DNA of 64,000 nucleotides from Takakia lepidozioides (taxonomy: Eukaryota; Plantae; Bryophyta). Positions within the stretch are counted from its first letter, which is position 1. Each line of letters opens with the position of its first letter. A model generated the notes under the pieces. That model saw nothing but the letters and a program-made list of their open reading frames with translations, did not search any database and was not told where the DNA came from. Both the position numbers and the translations under genes were made by a program. The stretch is from the NCBI GenBank assembly GCA_030704615.1, contig CM060731.1:66154001-66218000 (forward strand), read 5' to 3'. Below, piece by piece: positions 47,790-59,922 of this stretch.

Positions 47790-50700
47790 TCAACCAAGGC
47801 CCATCAATAGAGAAGCTGCCAACGTCCCTGTGATGCCCACAGCTGCCACCCACCGCCGTGCTTTGAGACTCCAAGGGTTTTGCAACTCTCTGGCTCTTTT
47901 AACACAGCCATTGATGGAACGCAAGACACCATTCCACAGCTCCCTTTGGAGATGGGGCTTTTTGCTCCCCTCAAATGGTTGCTGCCTTGCCACAGTCATT
48001 GCTGTGGACCAGGGGCACCAAGGGCTGTAACAGATCCCACTTATCCCATTTGCACGCACCCGAAATCGGTATGTGTTGTCTGCAACCAGACCCTTCACTT
48101 CACACCTGCCACCAACCATTCTCATCCTCTGACAAGTTTCGTGCGAGGCTAATAGGAAGACTGATTTCAGGTCTCCACAAAGTGTATCTAATGGTGCTGC
48201 ATGGTTTTCAGATGAAAGGCATGCCTCATATACAACAAAAACCACAAGTTGCAATCACAGAACCTGCTAGGACTTACATATATTACTTAGTACTGAATAT
48301 TCTCTTTTGACAAATGCAAGAACTTACCGGGTATAGCACCCCTCGTACACTTGCGTACGTCTCTCTGCAGCACCGAGATCTTCCATCTCCACTGTGTATG
48401 AGACAGTCTCGGCAATACCGTCACCATGGCATGCTGATTCAGTGACTGCCTGGACAACATCATGCTCCATTGATGAATCCAGCCATTGAATGGTCAGAGA
48501 GGTCCCAGATGTGGAGACAAGCTTTGGGGTTTGAGGTGTGGGTGGAGGCAGAACAGGAAGTGTGACTGATGCACACTCACTCAATGCACTGGCCCCTAAG
48601 GCATTCAACGCCTGCCAACAACACCAAAAATTTTAGAGAGAGCAGGCAGAAAGAAGAAACATTACAATGTCCACATTGAGCCCTGAGGGGACAATTGTAC
48701 AAGCAGCATGCATATTAAAAAACTACAGATTTCGCCTCTGTGGCTTGGCTTCTCTTGGCTTTGCTGAGATGTTAGCTGAAGAGCTATTATTGTAAAGTTT
48801 CTTTGCTACTTAAATGTAATCACGAGACATTTGCCGTCTTTGCTACTTTTCAGGGAGAGAGAGAGATTGTACTCATAAGACGTTGTTTGCCGTAGCCTTG
48901 TGGCCATTGACCCTGCGCCCAGTTTGAGCGGGAACAAAAGGAACAGAACCTACCTCTGTCAGGGGCTGACGTTGGTAGTGTGACTTACCATCATATATAG
49001 GGAGAGAGAGAGAGAGAGAGAGAGAGAAGAAATTAACTTTTTAATGTCCATGGGTGACAAACAAGGTCCATGCCAAACCAAAAAGGTCCAAAAATAACCC
49101 AATCTATCCTTGGAGATTGACATGCCTCCTGCAGGTGGGCTGCCAAGCACTTCCGGTCCTCGAAACTGCCAAAGATGGGAAGTCTCTAAAGTGACAGAAG
49201 AGAGATCATTTATACAGCTGGGAATAGGTCCAGCATTGAGAAGAAAAGAAAACAAGAAACAATGGGGCGAGCTCCAACGACAAAACTGGTAACCACGGAA
49301 GATGATACATAGTGAGGTAAAATACCTGCACAGCAACATGGTAGCATGAGGCAGGTACAAGTTTTGTCGCCTTGTATGATGTTGCTCCTCCTTCATACAC
49401 CTGCCATCTCCCCTATCTTGATTAGTGATAGTCAATGTCACGAGTCCCCATACTCACCAGAAATATTTCTACAATTGGAACAGTATTCTCACTGGATCAG
49501 CTGTTGGTCTGTTTCTTGCAACTGACGGCAGCACTACTAGACAAGTCACTCACTTTTTGAAGCCGGCCTCCTTTGCCATCATCCATCATGAGCTTGAAGC
49601 TGTTGCACATTTTACATAAAACATGAAAATCCACCAATGCATCAGCCTGTATGTAAGCAGGTGTCTATGCACAGAAACAACTGACATATGTAACTTTCAG
49701 AAGGTCATTCTACATTCAATAGGATATAACTGTACCAGGCCATGCACACCAGATCATACACGAGCCAAGCCATCCTTTAGATACATGCTCTTGTATACGC
49801 TAGTTGCTATCATTCTGCGGTTTAGGCACTGAACTATGATGGTCACTGGAGTATGGAACCATTGTACCTTATGGAGTCAGGACAATGTTGCAAACAGGAT
49901 CCGGAGAAAACCAACCTGGTCACAGGCATGCCATTATCGTGGGTGGGAGCACTCCATCGGATGCGCATTCCAGTGGGAGTGATGGAGCCAAAAGTGGGGC
50001 GGGTGGGTGCCTCCGGTGCAAAAGCACAGGTTGATACCTCAATGCTTGGACTCGGGGGAGAAGCACCCATATCATTGTGGGCTACTAACCTAAAGCTGTA
50101 AGGTCTGCCAGGCAGCAGATCCAGCACCTTGTATCTGCAATTCCCGAAGATTCCCATTATCTTCAGCCTGTCTCTGTTTTCCTTTTACCAATCATAACAA
50201 GAGACTCTGGGTTTTGAAATCTTGACCTCGCCAACTACAGTGTGACAAAGTTGTGAATTGGATAATGTGTCGTCTGTCTATAGTTTCTTGCTTCTTTCTC
50301 ATAAGCTCTTTGAGCTTCCTGTGGACGTTATGAAGTACCATTTCAATTCATTTCCTGTGTTGCCCAGAGAGCCTCTCCTGAGTATTATTCATGTATAGAA
50401 TACAATTGCTCAACTATAGAGGGATGGGTTAACTGAGTCACATAGCACATCCTGATACATGGGAGTAATAGGGCCACAGAGAAGCATAAAACAAAGAACA
50501 AGCAAAAGGATGAGGAGTTAGGTGGTTTTACTGAAGATGAGGTCCATGGTAGATTTGATCCCATGTTGATGATGACAGACTGCTGCTGCTGCGCACTGCA
50601 GTATCCTGCCTGGTAGCTTTCTTGCGACTGGTTTTTCTTCCTTTGTTTGGACCGTTGCTTGTGTTATCAGTTTCCTTCAGAAGTATACAGTCAGTACTGG

Positions 50701-53700
50701 ACACCACCCTTGCCATCTGAAGGCTGAGATTGGAGACTGCTGAGCCATTGTCTTGCTCTGGAACCTACAAGGCAGAACAGGGATTGCTGAGGTACAATCC
50801 TTGTTCATATAGCAACCTCATTGGTATTCAATCTACTGCAAGTAGCTATATAGAGCTCTGCTGCACTCTGGGAATGTCTGAGAATCTACACCAAGTTTAA
50901 TAAAGAGAGATAGACAGATCAACAACAACCTCCCATGTAAGGGTCACTGAAAAGGGTGTTGCTTCCATATCTCTTGGGGGGTGTGGGGCACATGGAGCTG
51001 CAGCTGCAGTTGAGGCAACCATAAAATCGCTGAATGCACTTTGCCCAGCTGCATTCCTTGCCTGCCAATTCACAACCACTGGCCATCAGTGCTTTGACTC
51101 GTCTTGTAGGGATGTGTACTAGCTTCAAGTCTTTCCTGGTTATGCATCACCAGAGGATGTTATGCCAGCTTGCCCAGAGTGGCTGGTCTCCACATCGAAG
51201 GAAAGCTGAGAATGTAGAAGCAAAAGATCCCAGGTAACAATAATTGAAACCAGAACACAAAAATGACCAGAACCCGACAGCACATTTGACCAGCCAAACA
51301 CCTTGGTGCTAGCTGTGTGAACACACAGATACAAATGACTCCTCTACGATTGTTGTCATGCCAATCCTGCTAAGAGCTGGTAGTTGTTGAAAAACAAAGA
51401 CTAAGTTTCCATGGACAACCTGAACACGAAATGCATAGCTTGTAAAAGGCTGAAGTTTGCTGATGGTGTACGCTGTGCTTGGCCCATCATACACATCTCG
51501 CAAAGCAGGGTTACTGACGAGCCCATTTACAGTTACATCACTGCAGATTGTGTTCAAGCAGGTAGAGGCAACCTCACTCTTATGGAAACGGTCAAACTCG
51601 TCCTCACTGGTACCTGCACGGAACATATCTTAACTTATACTTTGACACAATAAACCACAATATTGACAATGTTTTACAAGCACTGGATTTTATCTATGAC
51701 TACGACATAAATGCCTGTCCAATCTCACGTTTCAGTGAACTTATCAGAAGCTTGCTAGACCACCATGACAGCTGCAGTCATGCTGCAAACAAAACCTACC
51801 AATATACTGCTAGGAAATCAACTATCGAGCAACAACCAAAAGTTGCATCACTAATCTAGAACAATAATGATCCAACCTTATCCAGATATGACGTGCAGCA
51901 GAGTCATCTATCTATCATTGATTCTGCACAATAGTCAACCCCTCCTTAGAAAATCCCAACAGGAAAACAAACAACCCTACCTGCTTCACTAGGTGGGGGT
52001 CTGTTTTTCTGTGAAGATTTCTCACTTTCCCAAGAGCTGCTGGTGTAGCTGGATGTAGAAGACATACTATGTGATGGGGAAGGCAGCTGTGTAGAATGGC
52101 TTAGGCGGGCACCATGGCCTCTCGAAGCTGCTGGACCCAGGACCTCCATATGCTTGCTGGGGTTTTCCCCTTCTTTAACATTCCCAGTACAGAAGCTGTG
52201 GTCACTAGAAGGAAGATGCTGGCCACCATATCCAAGAATTAGCATCTGTAGGTGATATGACATTATTGCTGCTCCATTGGCTTCTGGAGGACTCCACCTG
52301 CAACAAGAGTTGCACACACATTGGTAAGGCTGTGATTGTGGGTAGTTTGCCAAGAAAGATATTAGCATGCTGAAACTTGCGAGTCAGGAATGTATATCTG
52401 TACTGGTGAAGGACCCATATGGACCTTTTCATACCTCAAAGATATAATTGTGGTAGCTGGGTTACCAACAATGACTGGTGGCTCTGGAGATGATGGGTGG
52501 GTAGGCGGAGTCTTTAGTATGCTTGTACCTGCAACAAGAATTTCCCCCTGTTTCAGGTGACGACCCTCGGGATGGACACACTCACAACCAAAATGTGGGA
52601 TACCTGGACACCCTGCAGCAGAGCTAGATTTTCAAGCAAGCTACTGCTCATAAACAATTGCACCAGCAGGTACAATCAGGATTAGTTCTGACTTGGTGGA
52701 CAATTTCTCATCGTGGAAGAACTTGAGGTTGCCACAAAAGAGCACATGATGTGACAACTGTTAATTGAAATCAAAATACAGGACTTCATGGTTCGGCAAA
52801 TAATCACCACTCCAAGGGCTGACTCCGAGCTTGTTGAGTGCCTGAACTCGAAAGCCATAGCTGCCACCTGGATGCAGACCTCCCAGGGCAAAGTTGGATT
52901 CAATTCCACGGTACACACTCAAATAGCCCTTAGCGTCCCCTTGCCTTGTTCCAACGCTATTTGGCAAGTGTCCTTCGTCTCCAAATTCTTCCAAGACTTG
53001 CATCTGCAGAACAGGTGCAGCCCATGCACATGATTTCCACCCACAAACATTATATATCCAGACTGGATGAGAAACCTGTGCCATTAATACTTGCCAAATA
53101 CAGAGGCAACTGTGTCACCTACTTCAAAATTCTACTCATTTGTGCACATATATATACAAGGAAACCACTCACAATACAGAAGTGATCGGCACATGCAACT
53201 GCATGTTTGGAAATGTTGAAAGTACCTCAAGGCGGAAGGAAGTGACTTGGGATCCACCATCATGGGCAGGAGGGTGCCACCCCACAGTAAGGCTGCGGCT
53301 TGAACACTCCAGTGCTGTTGGATTTGATGGGGCCTCTGGTGGTCCAGGTGCTGTGCTGAAGAGTGCTGAAGACAGCCACATCATGTACAGGACAGTAAGT
53401 AATTCTCCACTTGAGCGTACTTCCTTCATAAACCAGACTACATATCCTCTCCACCTCTTCCAGCTTCTGGTCATCTCTCCGCTTCTCCAATACTAAGTAA
53501 CATACACCATTGAACATCTTCTGAGTACATTCTGTTTCTAAGCAAAGAGCCAACCGTACCTTCACTAGAAAAGCCACTTTTACCCATTAAATTAACAGCC
53601 TGCACACGCACTTGATACTGATGGCCTGCATATCCATTGAGAGACAGAAGGGAGTGAGGAACAAAAATGAACAATCAGCAGGTGGGGTATAAGGTAGAAG

Positions 53701-56700
53701 AGTAACTTTGACAAAGCTACTGTGCACACTCAAAAGCAAGAGAAAGAAACCAGAACTTCATGCATGCAGAACTGATCTAGAGTACATACAAAGAGCACAA
53801 TGAGAAGCGTATCAAACAAATGGCACCACATACCAGGAGAAAGGCCAGTGAGAGTGTGAGCCATAGCAGGTCCATAGTATATCAATGTCCAGGCTACCAT
53901 CACATGCCCTTCCCTTCGCAAGGATGACACAGAGCGCATCTCCACCTCATATCTGCCAGCTCTTAGTTCCAGTTTCACTTCTTGTCAGGAATGGCATTAG
54001 GCATATCCAGTACATCTTACGATGCTCCTTCTGAGAAGATGCATAGCTCTCATGAGTTTTGCTTCCCAAAACATGGTCTACAACAACAGCAGTCTCAGAT
54101 GCTTGATGGAAGCCAGGGCATAGTTCTCATGTCATGGGAGGTCCTGCGACTTGCAATAGAAACAGCTGCAAAGTGCACAGAAAATAACTAATTGCCAAAA
54201 ACCCTCCTGAAGTTTAAAGATAGCACTTTCTCCGTTGTTTGCAACCCCAGGTGAAGTTGCAATGACTTACGCTGTAATAGGGCTTCCACCATCACGTTCT
54301 GGAGGGCACCAGTTAACTAAAACATTTGTTGTGCTGCGCCCGGTGATGGTAGGTGTGGGAGGAGGATCTGGGGCTGAAAAACCGGTCAGAAGCTCCGCAG
54401 GCATGCTAAATGCACCCTTTCCTATATCATTGTGTGCCATTACTCTCACTCGGTACACCTGGCCACTTTTTAAGCCTTCCATAGTGCAGCTGGACACACA
54501 ATTGCTATGTTAGCAACATATCCTGACTACGAAGTCAGCTACAGTTACTATAACCGCACTGTTTCTCTATCCAGGTCCTTGTTGCATGTTCAAACACCTC
54601 TTTGTCAATGCTAAACCATCAACCAGTCTCATCTACGTTTACCAATTGTTGATGGGGGATAAATCGCTCTTTACCCTTCCTGAGATTCAACCAAGAAAGG
54701 AAAGGGGGAACAACAACATCATCGCCTGCAAGAAGAGCTGCAATGAGCCATAGCTCGAACATAGTCATACCTCGTATTTTCACCGCTGTACACGACCGTG
54801 AAAGGGCCCCCTTGAACTGCCAAGTTTACCGATGAAATTTAGTAATTCTCTTGACAGACATCTGGGCATGGAATATCACTAAAGGTGTCGTGACGATGAC
54901 ATAAGCAAACTATACAGTGTAGTGAGAACCAAACTTAAGAGCGGGAGGTAGAGAGAAGAGAAAAGGACGGTATTTTAAGAGATTGGCTGACAAGCAGAAG
55001 TATGAACAATTAAATTTCATGGAATAGATATAGACACAAAGACAGACGCACACAATGGGTTCGATGCCGAAAGAAACTTGCCATCATCACGTTCCAAAGT
55101 GTAGGCAGTGATCGGAGAGCCACAACAATGAGGCTCCTGCATCCCAAATCATTTCAGCCCACATGAGCCAAACTTCTGTGCCACAGACCATGTCAATATA
55201 TCACACACACACACAGAGATGTGCATGCAAGAGCCTAGTTAACTGTAAACTGGCATCTGAGAGTATAAAAATAAACGAGATCTATGATACTGAACACTCG
55301 CCATGCTGTGCATCTTTTCTGTTAGTCCCTTGTTTAAATTCCCATTACATATCCACAAACCTTTGGGGGCAACGATCATTAAGCAAGAGAGATCCAGGAG
55401 CAAGAAAAGCACAAAAACCAAAACAAAGTTGCTCCTCTGCTAAAACCTAACACTGTAACTTAATGAGGTAATTTTGGGTCATTGTATTGAGGGTTGAAAA
55501 CTCTACAACTTCACAGCTTTGGTCCTGAGGAGACTGCGCAGTCCCAATTTCTGCAAGAAGAATCCTTTACAGCTTGCCAGAGCCCATATGGCAATATCGA
55601 TGGCAAGGTATAACAAACAGCAATGCCCATACTCCCTAAATATCGCTATGCGGAGTGATCATTAGAAAGGATGCCACCTGCCAGTTGACAGTGATAGATG
55701 TGGATGATGCAAACATCAGAGTGGGAGGCAGAGGAGGTGCTGGTACAGATGCAGCCGTGGTGTACATCACTCCTGCACTATATTCACTTCGTCCAATCGG
55801 GTTCACCGCCTGCAACACAGACGAAACAAGACATACAAAGAAAACTTCCTTCAGGATGGATGGGTCCAATATCCAAATCTCTGAGGGTCAGATTGGCTGT
55901 CTCTGGAGCCAAACCATAAGAGCCTTGGGCCTCACATAGGAAGCCAAAGAAAGCACAAACATATGGTTGGCTCAACAATGAGGCAGTAAGTAAAATCACA
56001 ATAAGCATATCTGATCCACATAACCGAGAAGTGAATGACAAAGTGAACTCACCAACACACGGAAATGATAGGCAGTGCCTGGTAACAAACGGGTCACCTT
56101 CGCCCCTGCCTCTTTTCCATTATACACCCGTACAAATCCCTGCGGTTGCCCACAACAGTTGAAGGAGGTGTCTCTTAATAGCCTATATATACCATTGCTC
56201 TCAAACTACCACCGGTGGGAGAAGGATGTTGAGTCTACCAAGGAATGGATACAGAAGTAAGCATTTTTGCTGTTAGATTTTGGCGCGAGACAGGACCTAA
56301 GATGAAATCTACTTGCCATAAAACTTCAGAGTACCCAGATTCAGAAGTTTTTTGTTCACCGAAGCCACTTCAAAGGAAAAGAGAATACATTTGAGCTGGG
56401 GATGAAAGCCGTATCACCATCACCCTTGCCTGGAGGAGGCTTCATCTCCAGCCAGTACTCAGAGAGATGTACCCCTCCACACTCTGAAGGTGGGAACCAC
56501 TTAACCTGCACTCTCACGTGAAAAGAGTTAGAGTTTCAACCCAATTTCTACTCTGCCTTGAACCACACAGCTACTGTGAGATTGGTTGGTAAACCTGTTA
56601 GCATCAGCTTATGGAAGTTTTTACTATGCAGAAAAAGCAAGGATAGAATGATGCACTCTTCAACTATGCCCCTACCTTTGATTCTCGCAAGAGCTCTTTA

Positions 56701-59700
56701 GTTGTGCAATAGCAGCTAGTGGACCTCCTTAAAAAGCTGTATGACTGGGGTTCTATTATTTTTATGCTCTCTCTAAGGAATAACTTAGACCAAGCCCTTA
56801 GAAGACAAACGAATGAAGACACATTTACATGACATAGAGGGAGGACATGCCTTAAGAGATGTGCGGGCTCGATTCACCAATGTGGGTGCAGCTGGTGCGT
56901 TGGGGGCAGCAGGCTGTGTGGCAAACATGGAAGGCTTGGATGGACAAGGAGAGGCTGGTTGTACAAGTGGGGGAGAGATAACTGGTACCACTCTAATGCG
57001 GAAATAGTAAGCTGCTCCAGGCTTCAAATGCTCCACCTATACCAGACAGCCATCTCATTTGTAAGTTCAAAGCTCACTGACAATAGTGCTTACAATAGAG
57101 ATGAAATGCAGGGAGAGAAGGAAAGAGAGGGGGTCGAAAGCATAGCAGCTATGTTCATGAAAAATCAGAGAGAAATCACAATGAGGAAATGTCGTACTGC
57201 TAATTGTGATTGTTGGGTTAGGACCTAATGACCCTACATGCAGGTAGATCATTTTGCTCTGCCTGAATATTGATGAACCACTTGAGCATATCTAGGTCAG
57301 GTGCTCTTGCCAAAGAAGCAGCTGTGAAAAGCTCACCTTGTGAGTCCTCTCTGTGCCACAGTACACAGGCTCCCACTCCAGCTGCTCAGTGCTTTCACCT
57401 GATGGTGTTTCAGAAGAGCAGGTAGAAGGAGAGACATGCTCAGTCAAGAGCCCATCCCTTTTCTTGGAGCTTCCTGCCTCTGACCCCAACATTAGCTTCG
57501 CAGGCACTCCTACTTTACTGACAGCCATATCCAGGTAGTAAAGGACTTCGACCGGGTAGTCCACCCACTCTAAACTGATGCTTCCCTGATCACTGGATGA
57601 GAGCAGAGGGGCTGAAGGTTGAGGAATGTCTTGTACTTTCTTTTCCTCCACTGCATGTACCCCTTTCTCCTCACCTGCAACTGGCCTAGTCACTGGTGGC
57701 ATTGAATCTTTTGGACAAAGGTTTTCACTCTTGCTGGGGGAAGCTACAAGAACACTGGCAATGTATCCTTCCTGTTCTACATCGTCTTGTTGTTTGTCTT
57801 TTCTAGATCGGCTGAAAGCTTTAATGGTGCTTAAAGTCGCTGGTGTTGCAGTCATTTGTTGCATGGTTTCCCTTTCCATTGATGGAGAAGTGGGGACAAA
57901 AGGTTTCACACTGCTGTTATTGTCTCTGTGTTGGCTTGTATTGTCCTGACCACCCAAGGACATAGCCTTCACTGCAGGCAGTAAACCTTGTGTCCGAGGG
58001 TTTGAAATTGGCTGACTACCTCCATTTACTCCGTTGGCACTTCGACCTGGGAAGGGAGCCGCCAGAGAACTTAAAACACCATTTGTTCCAACTTCCCGAC
58101 TGCCTTTCAAACCTGTTCCGTTTGTCTGTTCCCTCCTCTCCCTGTGTCTCCACTCGGATTCTGATTTTGTCTCAGCCCCTGTTCTTTTCCCATCCCTGCT
58201 TTTGTCATTCTCACTGGCAGAATCCTTTGATCTTCTGCCATTCCACCAAGAACCTCCAACCCCTCGGCCTACACTATTCCCATCAGCTAATCCTGTCTTC
58301 ACAACGGGCTTTCCAGAGCCATGGAGACTGTCTCTTTTTGTGAGACTGTTCCTCTTTCTGTAAGCATCAGTACTGTTCTGAGAATCAACAATAGAGGTCC
58401 TTACTGTGCCAGCACCATTTCTTGAGGTCCATTTGTCAGTCCTGTTCTCTTTGTTAACCCTTTCTACTTCCTCAATGCCTGGAGCATACTTGTTGCTTGG
58501 CAGAAAACTGCCAAAGCAAATCGCCTTGTGACCGTCAAATTCACCTTCGCCGATCCCTCTGGCCAGGTTCTCTTCAATGGCATGAGCACTTTTCGGGCCC
58601 CTACCAGCACCATTTTCTTGTGCAGTGCTGGGTTCCCTTTGATGAGTACCACCATGGTGCCCTACTACTTCATAATTAGCATGCCCATTAGCATGAAATG
58701 CCCCATTTTCCTGCGAGACATGAGCCCCAGACAATTGCAATGAACTATTCTTTTCATCTGAACTATCAGACTTGCTTTGCGTACCAGGATTACAAACTTC
58801 CTGAGAATCTATTGGAGAACCATCAGCCACAACCTCAGCCACAACCTCAGTCATTCCCCTCTGACAATTCTCTTTTTCTGCCAAAGCTGTTGATACAGCT
58901 ACGCCTGTTGTTTCTGAATTGTCATGGTCTTCACCGGGATCACGTGACTCCACAGAAACACTGCAGCTCTCCCAGCTTGTCTCAAGCATATCGTGTGACT
59001 CAAAAGGCTTCTTGCTCACCTCCAACTGTCTACCAAGATCTTCACAAATGTCGTCAAAACTTCCAGTGCTACTGCCACTTAACTCATCACAACAGCCCTC
59101 AGATGATGCACCAGTGATTTCTGTTGATGTATTGTCACTGTCACACTCTTCTGTAGCTGTCTCAGATGACTCGCTCCTTGTCAACTGCTCGATGGATAGG
59201 CTTATCCTTCCTGTAGAAGTTGGTGTCTCACCACAGTAACCATCTTCTGCACATCTTCCAGACTCCGTTCCTCTGCTACTGTCAATACTAAACCGGTATG
59301 CATCCGTTTCCCTGCTGTCTCTTGTTGGTTTGTCATCACTACAATATCCTTCACATATTTGAAAAACATTATCTCGGCTGCTACCATTGCTCAAGTCCAA
59401 GCTTTCTGTGTGCACCTCCGTACCTTCCCTTCCATTCTCATTGCTTCTGAGAACTTCAGGTGATTCTGCAAGCCAATGAGGACCCCTTACCGCAAATGTG
59501 CAAATGTAAACAACAGAAACAACCAACAGAAAAATGCAAGACGGTGGCTTCCTTGCTTGTGCCGTATTTTGCACAAACTTGTTGAGGAGCAACACAGCCA
59601 CAGTAGTGAGGCAACTCCACACCGCCCTATAGCAATAAAGCACAAATTCCAAGTACATTGACTCATTCTAATGGCAATCTTGACCGGTTCTCTTTATGAT

Positions 59701-59922
59701 GCCAATTGCTTTTTCAATCCCAATCAAACACCCACGGTAAGTCCTTCCTTCATTATGTTGGGTGTGCTTACCACACGATGGTTGGCACCCTTTTCGTACA
59801 AACCCTGCAGTACACCCAGTGCTCTCCCAGACCTTCCACTCTTCTCCGGGCATGATCGATTCCACATCATTTCTTGGTGTCTCAGCAGAGTCAATACTCA
59901 TCTTACTGTCAGGAGTGGCCAT
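47790..59922 (-). CDS. FNDC3-like protein: long disordered N-terminus, nine fibronectin type III repeats, C-terminal TM anchor; ~1850 aa, 23 coding exons
   Basis: Hand-built exons (minus strand), all phases consistent, total 5553 nt: 59922-59772, 59465-57337, 57036-56851, 56505-56389, 56139-56053, 55809-55678, 55136-55082, 54816-54771, 54489-54271, 53952-53834, 53625-53560, 53365-53226, 53003-52808, 52528-52435, 52297-51981, 51613-51420, 51061-50930, 50764-50532, 50134-49916, 49599-49554, 49400-49326, 48611-48328, 48105-47790. Repeated P..P…W.PP..dGG.PI..Y…VY.G…L.PG..Y.FRV.A.N motifs; ends RRWVAAVGITGTLAASLLMGLG*. Confidence 0.9.
48867..48998 (+). mobile_element. ~130-bp structured short interspersed element, copy 2 (intronic)
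   Basis: Flanked by a 15-bp direct repeat agggagagagagaga (48852-48866 / 48999-49013) in a GA microsatellite. Confidence 0.78.

Noticed and set aside
49459-49501. Extra exon candidate in the FNDC3-like gene (AG…GTGAGT bounded)
   Set aside because: It is not needed for FN3 repeat 8 and does not preserve the frame; at most a poison exon, with no evidence.
57292-59658. 788-aa ORF as a standalone gene with an N-terminal hydrophobic leader
   Set aside because: The first ~64 codons are intronic (acceptor at 59466); the rest is one large exon of the FNDC3-like gene.
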